DNA of 64,000 nt from Octopus vulgaris (GCA_951406725.2 OX597816.1:66650001-66714000); one strand, 5' to 3'; shown: positions 13,656 to 27,429, counted from the first letter of the stretch. Program-made: numbers and translations. The notes: generated by a model not told the origin, from the sequence alone.

Positions 13656-14125
13656 GGCGGCACAATGGCCTAGTGGTTAGGGCAGCAGACTCAAGGTTTC
13701 GATTCCCAGACCAGGCACTGTGTTTATTGAGTGAAAACACCTAAAGCTCCATGAGGCTCTGGCGGGGGGGTGAACCCAACTTTCTCTCACTCTTTCTTCC
13801 TGTTTCTGTTGTACCTGTATTTCAAAGGGCCAGCCTTGTCACACTCTGTGTCACGCTGAATCTCCCCGAGAACTACGTAAAGGGTACACATGTCTGTGGA
13901 GTGCTCAGCCACTTGCATGTTAATAAATGAGCTGCGATATCACTGGTGCCAAGCTGTATCGGCCCCTTAACCTTTCCCTTGGATAACATCGGTGGCGTGG
14001 AGAGGGGAGGCCGGTATGCATGGGCGACTGTTGGTCTTCCATAAACAACCTTGCCCAGACTTGTATGTTGGAGGGTAACTTTCTAGGTGCAATCCCATGG
14101 TCATTCATGACCGAAGGGGATCACA
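13656..14125 (+). mobile_element. tRNA(Arg)-like head SINE with long body and ggtcattcatgacc hairpin tail
   Basis: Head caatggcctagtggttagggcagc..ggtttcgattcc matches 20487 and 28398. Tail shared with 36440-36600 (minus). Confidence 0.8.
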
Positions 14126-16367
14126 ATTTACCATTATATATTCGTGGCCTCATGCCACTATCACAAATGAATATTATGTAAAAACTCATCATGAAAATCA
14201 AGATTTTCATTTTATATGTTACCTGGTTCTGTTCTCCTGATAAAATTGCTTCCATAAACTATCAGTGAATATCTTTGAAAAGGCATAAATTTCACAACTT
14301 ATTATTTATGTCTTTCTATAAATATCATTCTACAAGTTTATATGAAAAATACTGCAGCAGAAAATGGCCCACTGTACACACTCTTGTCCATGTGCATTCT
14401 GGTTTCAATACTGCCATGGGTTACTTCAGCTTTTAGCTTTCCAAGTCTGATGCATGAATTAAGTAATATAGGTATAGACTGGGGTCATTTTAAACCAGTA
14501 TAACCTTCTTATAAGTTTATGTGGCTGTGTCAGAATGGTAAATCACTGTTATCGTGCTTTAGATATAGAATAGTTGGAGAGACAAGTGTAAAAATGCTTT
14601 AAAGTTTTAGGTTACCAGTGTCTAGCTCCCAGTCCAGCTCAGATTGAACAAAACTTGGATTAAAAGGCAGTCCAGTTATGACAATTCCATTTTTATCAGG
14701 GATGCGAAAGATTATAACATCTAATATGCCCTTTATTTAATATGGTAGAGTACAGTTTTATGTGATTCGAGGCTAGCAGGTTAAGTAAACTTATGAAGTC
14801 TCTCTTGTAGGTAACCACATGTTAAATAAGTTAATAACAATAAACAGAAAAAAATGAATAAGGTGGTTGCGAAATACATGCCTTTTTGAACAGTACTGAT
14901 AATTTAGAGAAACGGTTTTACAAAGGGGAATGGAACCAGGGAGTATAGCAACCATATTTGATGACATAAAAGATGCCCTTTATTTCAGAAGAATCATTCT
15001 AGGTCCTATATGCAAAATTGCAACACTCATAAGCTAATTTTGTTTCTAGAGATCTTTTCCCAAAATATGTGCTGTTGAACATGGCTGCATCTTTTATGTC
15101 AAATACGATATGTTTAGTTCACAGAAAAAAAAAAGTAAATACTAATTTTCATAAAGAATTTTACATAATAATCATCTGTCATTAGCTTATAATGACATTT
15201 TTTCCTAGGGTTAAATATTTTTTCATTTATTCATAAAATTAAGTTTTTTCTAAGAATCAACATGACCATAATGCAGAAGATAAATTAGAAGCTATTCAAA
15301 CACAAGAAAGAAAAGAAAAGGAGACTTAATAGTTTTTACAAAAAACGTTAATAGTTGGGTAGGTTTTGCTTTCAAACTTGCAGATTACAATAATTTCATG
15401 CCTCGTACATAGCAGGTGCTGCAATAAAACTTCAAATAAATCCACTCACATTCATATGACAGGAGTGGAGAAATTTACCGTCAGGCTGCAGTGTCCTCCT
15501 GTATACAAAATTTAGGTGTCTCAAAATTTTACGTAACAAGGTTTATGATAAAGTTAAAATACGAATGATTTATATGACAAACCCACTCTATTAAACATCA
15601 ATTATTCAGAAATTGAATACCAAGTCAGCATCTACGGCCAAGTGGGTGTAAGGGGGTTATTTGCTTTTGTCTTGCTTTTCTAAAGAACATGAGTAAATTG
15701 CAGCCTTCCAGTTTTACTTCAGAAGTTTGGTGAGTGAAAAACGATAACTCCTTAGCTGATATTTGAATCTACTTGGTTTATCCTGATATTTAAAGATCAT
15801 TTTTAGATTAAATTTTCTGAACAAGAGGCCTGAACATAACATGCAGACTGCTTAGTCATCTTTGTAATATAAAAACCTAAGAATGTGAGTGAAAAGTAAT
15901 AAATGGCACTTTATACATGTCATATCAAAAGACAAAACAGAAATTCTTTCTTAGACTATTCCTTTTAAACTGCCCATTTAATTGTAAAGTATACAACAGC
16001 TTACAGAATCTTTTGCTTACATAGATATCAAGATGCTGTAATTTACAGAAAAGATGGCAAAAACCAATGGCAAAATGTTGGTTGTAAACCCATTTCAATA
16101 CACGCTTGCAAGAGAAAACATAATAATCTAACAATCCTAACATGAGCTGTTATTGTTTCTAATAATCATTTCAAACTTTTGCACCACGACGCAGGCTAGC
16201 TTTTGAAGCCAATACCCAAGTGATATTTACACTATCTAACTTGCAATATAGAGACAAAATTAATTATTCCTTGGGATTTAGGTAAATGCAGCTCTCTTTT
16301 CTAACAATTAACTGGTCCTTCCTATTGATAACATTGATGTTATTTGTTAGCCCCCAAGTTATACCTA

Positions 16368-16602
16368 TTTCTTTACTACCTACCCACAAGGGGCTAAACA
16401 GAGAGGGGACAAACAAGGACAGACAAAGAGATTAAGTCGATTATATCGACCCCAGTGCATAGCTGGTACTTAATTTATCGACCCCGTAAGGATGAAAGGC
16501 AAAGTTGACCTTGGCGGAATTTGAACTCAGAACGTAATGGCAGACGAAATACAGCTACGCATTTCGCCTGGCGTGCTAACGTTTCTGCCAGCTCGCCGCC
16601 TT
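16368..16602 (-). mobile_element. SINE family B, full-length with TSD
   Basis: ttatacct is duplicated on both sides. Confidence 0.9.
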
Positions 16603-16659
16603 ATACCTGAGTGGTTTCAGTTGTGATCATGTGACTTTTTGTACACCAGAGTCTAGGGC

Positions 16660-16728
16660 AGTGGTTCTCAACCTGTGGTCCATGGATCCCTGGTGGTCTG
16701 CAAAGGTAGTACTGGGGGTCCATGAACT
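16660..16728. mobile_element. hAT/Charlie-like terminal fragment
   Basis: gtctaggg followed by cagtggttctcaacct. A similar terminus lies at about 26877. Confidence 0.5.
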
Positions 16729-17794
16729 AAATTCAAAATTTCATATATACATACATACATACATATATACACACACACATACATACATATATACTCTTTT
16801 ACTTGTTTCAGTCATTTGACTGTGGCCATGCTGGAGTACCTCTTGAGAATTTACTGAAACTTAAATCACTAGACAACAGTAAAATTTCTGGCTGAAAATG
16901 CACCACAAGTACATTTGTTATTGGTTAGAGTTCGTTCAGCCTTGGGAAAATTCCTCTGCCCACTAAACCACTACAGTGAGTATGCATACATTACCTTTTC
17001 CCCCTCAAATATTCACCCAAATCCTAAACTCCCAGGTAGGCAGTCTGACATAATGCATGTATGTGCAAATGAAAAAGGCGCGCGTGCACAGAGGCATATT
17101 CTCACACGTTTTGATAAACCGCTATACATACATACCCCGCGAAAGAAATTACTCAGGGGTGCCATTTTCGTGAAAAAAAAATCATAGTCAAGTCACAGCC
17201 ATTACACTTAACGCAGTGTGGGAAAAAAGTTTAATAGTAGTTATATAGTGGCGGTGGCGAACAGTGCAATATCAATAACTTGAATTTAATCTAAATAATC
17301 AGTATGGGAAAGGTGTTAAATGCAGGCGAAAAGTAAGCGTAATATACGTGCACTAGAGTCAAGAGAGGTTAAAGACAAGCATTACACGTGAAACCAATGT
17401 GATTAATGCATACCAAAACGTGTAATTAAGTTAACGTACATGCTTTTATCTAGACATCAACACACGCATAAACAAACGCGCCCGCGCACACGTAGACGAC
17501 ACGACAGAAACACAAGCATAAACAAACGCACGCGCGAATATAGGAGGAAATTGACGAAACACGCAGGCTATCACAGACACACACACACACACAGACGAGC
17601 GATACTTATACTCGCATTTGACAGCGAGAAACGATGAGAAAGTAAAATAGATCTCGGTAAAAGTCTTAAAGTTAACTTTCAGAGACATAGTAGTTTCGCA
17701 ATAAACCATTCGTGTGTGTGTGTGTGTGGAATGCCTGAACTTTCTGTGTTTTAAATTCTATGGAGTTAGCAAGTCAGTGCGCATCCGGTCGTTG

Positions 17795-18195
17795 TTTATT
17801 TCCATGTCAGTCCTGACAATGCAAAGGCGTTTCCGGCCGTGACCATCCCGTAATTTTCAAACAGATTGCTTTATCAAATATAGCCTACCTTTCTTTTCTA
17901 ATTTCTAAGAACAGAAGGGTATGATTTGGGGATATATTCGGCTATTTTTAGCATGTCGAGCGATTGCGTAGAGATTTCCTCATTGGCTCGTGTTGTGTAA
18001 GGTTGTTGAGCGCCAGGTCAGCCTTTATTAAGCAGGCCTATAATCGGAGGCGTTCTAGCCGTGACCAACCCTGTATTTATCTGACAGTATATCATGGACT
18101 ATGTTGATCAATGTGTATTCTCATTTTTTAAGGCGGTAAGGTGTGATTTAGCTTCTATTGCTACCAGGTCAAGCTACCGAGTAGAAAGTCACTGG
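17795..18195 (+). repeat. Two tandem copies of interspersed family E (ccgtgaccatccc...gtgtgatttg..ggctatttctagcaggtcgagcgacc)
   Basis: The same motif occurs at about 1015-1110, 14620-14810, 41870-41940, 48375-48555 and 49872-50140. Confidence 0.65.
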
Positions 18196-18771
18196 TCAAC
18201 ACCCTTGTTTTTAGTTGATGAATTTAAAGAGTTTCGATTTTGTTGTCGGTTAAGAATTTCAATGTTAGTATGTGTACGTACCTCTTCATCTGTGGTTTGG
18301 TCAATGCAAGTGACTAGTAAGTCAATGTCTGCGCAGGAAAGATTTACAACCGATATTGCGCGGATGAATCACTGTGTACAAATGTGTGACATTTACTGCG
18401 GTATGACAATGTGTGTAATGTGACAGACCATAGATGGTGTCTAGCGGTCTGTCAGTTATATAATTTTCGATGTGTATAGGTGTGTACATGTGAGTATGTG
18501 TTATCGAAATACTAGAATTCATGGTGCTTTATGGGAGAATGTGTAGGCAAAAAAAAAAAAAAGAAAGTTCAAAGTACAAGAGCCCTAAGAAAAGCGCAAG
18601 GGTTTGGGCAGAGACCAAAGTTGGACAGTCCTACTTGAAATGATAACATCTTCAACTTCACAGCACACGATTTGTATACAAATAACAGCTTATGAATAAA
18701 CGTGTAATAACATCAAAAATTTAAGCGGTTAGATGTGAACGAAAAGGTTTTCAGACGGGTAATTTACCTAC

Positions 18772-19543
18772 CTCTACGGTGCCAAGACGACCAAGCGTCA
18801 GAAGAAGCGACCAAGTCACAGGTATCCGACATTGCATGAGAGGTACTGGCGCTGTTGGTTAAACACAAGCCAGTCACCTCCTTATCAGGTGGACACAGCG
18901 AACGACAACACCAGCGTGCCGGACATGTCACCGTGCCGATTCGATCAGAAAAAGATGACAACAACGACGTCGACGGCGAAGATATCGATGATAAAGGCGG
19001 TAGCGGTGGCGGTGGTAAAAAGGTAAATAAGGGTTGTTTAACCGGCGCGGTTGCTATAGCCACAAATGGTGATAAAGAATGGGGTGGTGTGAACGATGAA
19101 GATATTGATGGTGTTGTTATTGTTGTATGCTGCGGCAGTGAGACGTCGGCTTTTATGGCTCTGGCATCACCCTTCTCCGAGTCAACGCTCCAGAAAGCCG
19201 GTCTCCAGAGGCGAGGCACTTGTGTCGTAGTCGTACCAGCGACGACACTATCATCTGAGGACGATCTGGTATTATTACTATCTCTTCTACTGGCAAAGTT
19301 TTTACCACAGTTGGTCGGAATTGTGGTAGCGTGGTGAGGAAACGAAGAATGATGAAGTTGAAGTGGAGGAGCCGGATACAGACAAGGTAAAACGACAGGG
19401 TGATGATCACGACGAGGTAAAATGGCAAAGGGAACTGGTGATTTGCTAGACGGGTACTCCACTGCACAGTCACCGGTACTTATGAAAGAGACAGCACTGG
19501 AAGTGTAATAGTTGTTGTGGTAGTAAGGTCGCTTAAGGATACA
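18772..19543 (-). other. Candidate exon of a host gene (Ser/Pro/Thr-rich open frame, or long 5' leader plus MSDTCDLVASSDAWSSWHRR)
   Basis: About 1 kb unique, GC/CpG-rich island. The frame is open 19543-18764 and ends at a donor-like AGAG|GTAGGT. The only in-frame ATG is at 18832. Confidence 0.4.
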
Positions 19544-20486
19544 TCAACAATCGAAGTCGCTGTAGTAGTGAGAAAAAGAATCAGTAGCAGACCGGACCGT
19601 GACGACAATACCAGCAGTACTGTTGTTGATCTAAACAGCAGTAGTATCAGCAATAATAGTTCTCGAGGCGATGGCCACAAGCACTGCGTCACTATTAGTG
19701 TAGTAATAGTAGTTACTAACTATCGCACAGTTCCTACAACTAATAGACTGGCCTAGAGCGCTTCTCCTACCGCTAGAAATACTATTACTACTGCCACCAT
19801 CACCACAGCTACCTCCTGCTACTTACTAATTTGTAGTAGTAGTAGTAGTTGTAGTGGTGGTGGAAGTTGTAGTGTTCTGTCTGGTGGTAGCAGTGGTGGT
19901 AAACTTTAGTTGTCGGATGCTTAAACTTATTAAGAGTCAGTAGAAGCACTTCTAACTTTTAATAGTTGTTAGTTATAAACAAACGCCAACGAAGTTAACT
20001 TCGGGGTGTGCGCTTTTAGAATCACAATTGTAGCAAACACGGTAATTAGCGTTTTCGGAGATATTGAAAACACACACTCACTCACTACATGCATATAAAC
20101 AGATACACTGACTACACACACACACACACACACACAAAATGCATAAACATACACACATACAATAAATGCATATATATATATATATATCCACACAATGCAT
20201 ACACACATACATACACTAAATGCATATATATATATATATATCCACACAATGCATACACACATACACTAAATGCATATATATATATATACACAGACTAAAT
20301 CTGTATACTTATTTTATTCTTTTACTTCTTTCACACATTTGACTGCGGCCATGCTGGAGCACCACCTTTAGTCGAACAATTCGACCCCAGGACTTATTCT
20401 TTGTAAGCCTAGCACTCATTCTATCGGTCTCCTTTTGCCGAACTGCTGTTTTAAATGCATTTAATAAGTACTAAATGCATACAGTA

Positions 20487-20712
20487 GAGGCGCAATGGCC
20501 TAGTGGTTAGGGCAGCGGACTCGCGGTCGCAGGATCGCGGTTTCGATTCTCAGACCGGGCGTTGTGTGTGTTTATTGAGCGAAAACACCTAAAAGCTCTA
20601 CGAGGCTCCGGCAGGGGGTGGTGATCCCTGCTGTACTCTTTCACCACAATGGCGGTGCCCCAGCATGGCCACAGCTCAAGAGCTGAAACTGGAAAAACAA
20701 AAACAAAACAAA
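20487..20712 (+). mobile_element. tRNA(Arg,TCG)-derived SINE carrying the 3' tail of the LINE at 43-47 kb
   Basis: tRNA-like head with anticodon-loop region ctcgcg. 20648-20690 matches the LINE 3' UTR at 40/43 nt. (aaaac)n tail. Confidence 0.85.
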
Positions 20713-21979
20713 ACATAGACACATTAAATACACAAACACACACACACACACACACACATATAGCTAGGTGCATAAAGACACATGGCGTGCACATATTCTT
20801 TCACTCTGGTTGTCTACCGAAATCCGATGACATTCACTTCATTAATGGTGAAGTTTTGATGGCTGACCAATCCTATTCTGGATCCACAAGCTACATTGGT
20901 GAGTGGATAAGCAACGGCGGTGGCAACCACATTTGCATGTTACCTAGCTTCCGTCCTGCTACCTTCAAGTTGTCCTCTCCATTTCCTATTCATAAATTTC
21001 ATCACCGCTCAGCTTTCACCAAGTGGTTCGTTCGGCAGAAGTTCCATGTCAGTGGTATACTAGTGTGCCACTCACTTTACCCGCTTCATTGTTGGTGATG
21101 AGCAATAGTGCCATCTTTTCCAAATATCTGATGAACATTCTCTTTTAAATTTAAGACCGAAATGCATCAGTAACTGCAGTAACTGGCCTATAGACAATAT
21201 GTTTGCATTAAGTATGATACATAGATGGCTATTTTAATCTAAAACTGCTTCAAGTGCACATACTGGATTTTTAGTAAGCCAGGCGATTATTCGCAACATC
21301 AGTCAATGTTTTATTCACTTTTTCCAAAATCAGAGACGACGACTGGTCGTCCCATCATTATGGCTGGTTGCGTATATGCACCATTGAAAAGGCCGAAATG
21401 CATCTAACGCTCTCGCAGGTCGCTACTGGAACGAATTTTTTGATGTTATTACTTGTTTATTCATCTATGAGAAGTTATCTCAAAACAAATACTGCAGTAA
21501 CTGACCATCGACAGTGTATATAATGCATAAATGGTTACTTTTTCTCTTTTTATCAAGAGAGGAAAACAGTACCTATGATCCTTTCTAGATCTTCTAAAAG
21601 AGAGGAAGGGAGTTGTCCTTAAACCGGAGACAGCCCGACCGTTTGCAACAGAGTGGACTCTGCTAAAGGCACTTAAGAGGTGCCAGGTGGTATCATTAAA
21701 CGAAGCAACAGATTAAGTCTATTATTCAAAAAGGTCCTGTCGTGATACGGCACACATCCGTCCCGCTGTAACGTTTCCGCTAGTCCACCGTCTGAGACTG
21801 GGTACCTTACTGAGCCCAGAAGAATAAAAGGCTAAGCTGACCTCGACATGATTCGAACTAGGACAGCAGCATTAACAACATCACTCTGGGACTTATTAAA
21901 CAGGCACTGACCGCCTTCAGAAGACTTCTGTGCAGTCTTTGAAAACAAGAGCCTTCGTCCTTTACCAAAAGATACTGTA

Positions 21980-22181
21980 CAGTAATCCCTCGACTATCGC
22001 GGGTGTTATGTTCCAACCCACCCACACGCGATAGATGAAAATCCGAAGTAGAAAGCACTGTATACTTTTAAATTTATTTTTATAATTTGTATGTATTTAT
22101 TTTATTATAAATGCAAAACCACACCACGGAGGAATCGACGTAAGCTTACATAATAAACCGCGAAATGGCGAGGGATGACTG
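21980..22181. mobile_element. Tigger/pogo-like MITE
   Basis: TA-cagtaatccctcg ... cgagggatgactg-TA. Confidence 0.8.
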
Positions 22182-22194
22182 TATACCCAGCAGC

Positions 22195-22460
22195 CTGTAT
22201 CATTCTCCTCTTCTCTAGTTGCGAATCTAAGGTGGGCTAGTCCTTGAATCATTTCCATACGAGCTACCTCCAGTATATTATCGGAAATATTTCCCAAAAC
22301 TAACAATAAAAGTATTGAGGCCATGATTACACAACGCCAGCTGCAGCGGCAAAGGCGCGTGGTTAGGAATTTCCTATGTCGATTACTCTGCATGGATGGT
22401 ACACGGCCGGCTGCATCATGAGTGACGCTCAGCTGGAGGACTGAAAGAACACTTTAAAAA
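22195..22460 (+). pseudogene. Degraded RTE-clade LINE ORF2 C-terminal fragment
   Basis: Translates to remnants such as LNHFH..YLQ and SIEAMITQRQLQ..VVR, resembling the RTE RQLRWxGHVxRM region. Confidence 0.5.
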
Positions 22461-22709
22461 TTAAATGTGTGTGTGTGTGCTACGTTGATCAAAGTAGATT
22501 TTACAATAAAAAGCTATCAAATTTGAAATCACAAGTCAATTTGCCACCCGCGCCAACGATGACTTGGCGCGAATGACACTGGTGTCAATAGCTCTCGGAA
22601 GTGACACTAGATACGCTCCTAAAAGGATTGAGCCTAGATTTATTAATACATAATCATAGAAGCAAAACAAGTACATTCGACTAAATAAACAATACACCGT
22701 TGTTAGGTA

Positions 22710-23090
22710 CTCTTTTACTTGCTTCAGTCATTTGACTGCGGCCATGTTGGAGCACCGCCTTTAGTCGAGCAAATCGACCCCAGGACTTATTCTTTAGAAG
22801 CCTAGTACGTATTCTATCAGTCTCTAGTGCCGAACCGCTAAGTTACGGGGACGTAAACACACCAGCATCGGTTGTCAAGCGATGTTGGGGGAATAAACAC
22901 AGACACACAAACACATAAATATATACATATATATATACGACGGGCTTCTTTCAGTTTCCGTCTACCAAATACACTCACAAGGTTTTGGTCGGCCCGAGGC
23001 TATAGAAGACACTTGCCCAAGGTGCCACGCAGTGTGACTGAACCCGGAACCATGCGATTGGTAAGCAAGCTACTTACCACACAGCCACCT
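22710..23090 (-). mobile_element. SINE family A
   Basis: Reverse complement of 5487-5873. Confidence 0.9.
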
Positions 23091-23339
23091 GAAAGTATAA
23101 AAGCCAAAGTCATCCACGTTGAGATTTGAGCTCAGAATCAGCTAAACACCGTCATTTTAATCCGGTGCTCCAACGATTTGTCATTCAAGCCTTATATTCT
23201 ATATATATAATACATTCAAATGAAGCACAATGTCTTCATCAACAATGTTGAAGGTGAATTCTCTGATTTTCTAGCGCATGAAAAAAACTAAAGCCAATAC
23301 ATTCGTCGAAAAACAATTCTACATATACGGTGTTTTATT

Positions 23340-24570
23340 TGTATCCATTTCCAATAACGTCCACTCCTACGCAGATGATACTGATTTTTATTCGTCCCAA
23401 ATGTTCCACAGCGAAGCACCATCCACAGGAAACCCAGACACCTAACGCCAAACCTGCACTGACTCTTTGAATAGAGACATAAAAAGCATTCATTAATGCA
23501 GATCTTGTCTCCTTCGAGAGCTCAGACCTAAGAAAACAATATCGTATCACTCTCTAAACATGAAATGCTCGCAACTGGAAGCTTCAAGATTGCTGTAAAT
23601 ATTAGGCCACAACTATCATCGAGGACCTCTTATGGATAATTATAACGTCGACCACAGCAAAAGTTGTGCCGCAAAGACTGGTCTTCCCTCAAATTATTAA
23701 GCTTCTACAAAGTCCAAGTGGAATCCAAAACGAAGTACTTATTGCCATCCCATTTGGGACGATACTGCTGGTATACAGAACAGTTTTCCCGAACAGCATT
23801 ACAAAGAAACCCCATTCAACTGGCTGGCATGGTGTCACTCATAAACACATACACACACTTCAACCTCTGACCTACAAGTGCTGTGTCCTTTGTCAATGCG
23901 GCGAGCTGGCAGAAACGTTAGCACGCCGGGCGAAATGCGTAGCCGTATTTCGTCCGCCGTTACGTTCTGAGTTCAAATTCCGCCGAAGTCGACTTTGCCT
24001 TTCATCCTTTCGGGGTCGATAAATCAAGTACCCTTTACGCACTGGGGTCGATATAATCGACTTAATCCGTTTGTCTGTCCTTGTTTGTCTTCTGTGTTTA
24101 GACCTTTGTGGGTAGTAACGAAATAGTTATTTCGTATGCCGCTACGTTCTGAGTTCAAATTCCGCCCAGGTCGACTTTGCCTTTCATCCTTACGGGGTCG
24201 ATAAATTAAGTACCAGTTACGCACTGGTGTCGATGTAATCGACTTAATCCGTTTGTCTGTCCTTGTCTGTCAGCTCTATGTTTAGCCCCTTGTAGGCAAT
24301 AAAGAAATAAGTGCTATGACCTTTGTCATTTCTGTGGTTACAATAGAGGTCTCTGCTCTTCGAAGCTGGTTGATCCCGTGCCCCTTCCTTTCAAATGCAC
24401 CAAATCCACTCGTCTTTCCTCCTTCCGTAACCCATATTGTGTTTACCTACTGCTCTACCTAAAAACACTACGCCTATCGTTTCCCCTCTAGAATTCGTTC
24501 CCAGCTCACATTTTCCCTGTAACAATCAACTCGCAACTATTCAAAAAGAACATTAATCGTGTTCATTTCA
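23340..24570 (+). pseudogene. Degraded CR1/Jockey-group LINE 3' region interrupted by a SINE B dimer
   Basis: att tcc aat aac gtc cac tcc tac gca gat gat act = ISNNVHSYADDT (RT YADD). Downstream LLSFYKVQV and INSQLFKKNINR resemble C-terminal motifs. Confidence 0.6.
23897..24310 (+). mobile_element. SINE family B head-to-tail dimer
   Basis: A full copy followed by a 5'-truncated copy starting at tatttcgt. Confidence 0.9.
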
Positions 24571-24909
24571 CCGGTCCATGTGGTCTTGCGGATGCTATTG
24601 GCACAGCTTCTCCCTCCAGACAAAACCATCAAAATGTCTATGTAGGCAGGATTCGTATAGGCATTATCTCGTCGATTGTTTGTTTCTTTTATTTACTTAT
24701 TTTTAAACTCCTTCCATTTCTCAGAGCGTTAAACAAATAATTTTGACCACGAACCCATCCCGTTTTACATCTATTTGTGTGTATGCGTGTGTGTGTGTGA
24801 TACAGAAACACACCAATGAAACGCCATCTACAAGAAAAAAAAACCCTTTTCATATTTATTTAAGCATTATAGAAAAGTCAGAATAACATTTTAAACATAC
24901 ACATATCGT

Positions 24910-25332
24910 TACTCTTTACTCTCTCTCTCTAACTTGTTTCAGTCATTTGACTGCGGCCTTGCTGGAGCACTGACTTTCGTCGAGCAAATCGACCCCAGGA
25001 CTTATTCTTTGGAAGCTTAGTACTTATTCTATCGGTCTCTTTTGCCGAACCGCTAAGTTACGAGGACGTAAACACACCAGTATCGGTTGTCAAGCGATGT
25101 TGGGTGTGGGGACAAATACAGACACACACATTTATACACACATACATACACACACACATATACATATATACGACGGGCTTCTTTCAATTTCCGTCTACCA
25201 AATTCACTCACAAGACTGGTCGGCCCAAGGCTACAGTAGAAGACACTTGCCCAAGGTGCCACGCAGTGGGAATGAACCAGGAACCATGTGGTTGGTAAGC
25301 AAGCTACTTACCACATAGCCACTCCTGTGCCT
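24910..25332 (-). mobile_element. SINE family A, full-length
   Basis: Reverse complement of the family A consensus. Confidence 0.9.
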
Positions 25333-27089
25333 ACTTTCAAATTTGTTTCATTTTGTGAAAGTATTGTAAACTTTAATGCAGAAAACAACTTCGTCGTACA
25401 TCGACAACCTGGTCGCTGTTAATTCCATTGTGTGGTTAAATTTACTTCACAACTACGTGGTTCCAGGTGCGATTCCACAGGGTAGCACCTTAGGCAAATG
25501 TCTTCTACCAAGGCAACCAAACAAATGCTTTGCGAATGGAATTCTGTAGGCGGGAAACTGTGCAAAAGTCCATCGTGAGACAGGTCAGAGTTTTAGACCG
25601 GAGGCTGTGGGTGGGAGAATTGGGAGAATTGCCTTTTTTTGTTAAATACGTTCTCAAATGTTTAAATTACATCTGTCTTTAAGTATAGGAATGGTTAATG
25701 CTTTTTACTTGTCAGTTTGATATATAAAGAAGTAATTCCATTATGATGCTTTTGGGCAGCTGTCTGAACAAAAAACTGCTAAGTAGGCATTTTTTATATC
25801 ATGGGTCATTAAAATTCTTTTAAAATATTCTTCTATTGCCTATCTTCAATGGATGTGTGTGACTAAGTTTCTTTTATTTATTCTTGAGCTGTTCATTTGT
25901 GGTCTTTTTTGTCTGTTTCCAGATTTAATTTCACGTCCCCCACCATCTTTTAATATTCCAAATTGCCAACTGGTTTATTTATTTCTCATTTTCTCGGAGA
26001 CAGGGTGAAAAGACAAGAGACGCCGCTTGCCATGTATTTTAAATATATTTCTAAGTATGTTTATAATATAAAATATTCACAAATTGGAGTAAGTCTGTAT
26101 GTCGTGAGCAAGAGCAGGAAAGGAAAGATCTAATGTTTACTGTGCGTATGGCAGGTGACCCCTTCACGAGTTTGCTCCGATACTATTGTTTCAGCTCGAT
26201 ATGTTTATAATAATTTGCCCTATAATAAGTAGTGGCCAGATTGTAGATGTTACGAAGAAACCTTTTTCATATTATGTATTAAGCAATAGCACGAAAGCAA
26301 AGTGAAAATAACTATATGCTCTTTTACTTGTTTCAGTCATTGAACTGCAGCCATACTGGGGCACTACCGAGAAATGTTTAGTCGAACTAATCGATCCCAG
26401 TACTTATTTTTCAAGTTTGGTACTTATTGTATTGGCCTCTTTGCCAAACCACTGAAATAATAGCGACGTAAACAAACCAGCACCGGGTGTCAAATGGTAA
26501 TGGGAAACACACATATATACATACATGTGAGTGTGTATGTGAAAGTTTCCGTCAACCAAATTCACTTACAAAACAGTTGTCGGTTCGGGGCAATAATAGA
26601 GAACATTTGCGCAAGGTGTCGTGCAGTGGGGCTCAACGCGAAACCTCGTGGTTGCAAAGCGAACTTCTCAACCAGTGTTTCCGCGGTGTAATTCCTCCAG
26701 TTTCATCACACGATTTCAGATCAAGTTACTTGTAATATAAGGACAATTGTGTAGATATGTGTGTGTTAACACTGTTTTATAATCCTCTTCAACGCAAATT
26801 AGAACTAAAGGGGAGAAAACCGAAGGAAAATAAACTTTGTATTTTACCATGTAAACACTTCTTCAGACCTCCAGATCAGTGGTTTTCAACCGGGGTTTAT
26901 ATAAGATATTTGGTGATCTACAATAGAATTTTAAGGACCCCAGAAGAAATATTGATCAAGATGTATGTATTGGTATGTATAGCAAGGAATAACTAGGCTT
27001 CTTTCTCTAACATTTTACATAGTTCAACCTACACAAATTAATGTATGAAAAACAAGAGGAAAATATATATATATATATATATATATATA

Positions 27090-27429
27090 GTGTGGTTGTG
27101 TGGTAAGAAGGTTGCTTCCCAACCACATGGTTCGGAGTTCAGTCACACTGCGTGCCACTTTGGGCAAGTATCTTCAACTATAGCCTCGAGCTGATCAAAG
27201 TCTTGTGAGTGGATTTGATAGGAGGAAACTGAAAGAATCCCGTGTCTTTGTGTTTATTCCAGTACCACCGCTTGGCAACTGGTGTTGGAGTGTTTATGAC
27301 CTTGTAACTTAGCAGTTCGGCAAAACAGATCGCTAGAATAAGTACCGAGCTTGATTCATTCAACTAAAATTCAAGGTGGTGCCCCAGCATGGTCACAGTC
27401 TAATGACTAAAACAAGTATAAAAGATAAA

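Noticed and set aside
18855-19337. Plus-strand 160 aa Gly/Asp/Val-rich ORF
   Set aside because: It looks like the antisense shadow of the Pro/Ser/Thr-rich minus frame, and the splice signal is on the minus strand.
20487-20560. tRNA-Arg(TCG)-like sequence as a real tRNA gene
   Set aside because: The acceptor stem is imperfect, it runs straight into a SINE body, and it recurs at 13656 and 28398, so it is a SINE head.
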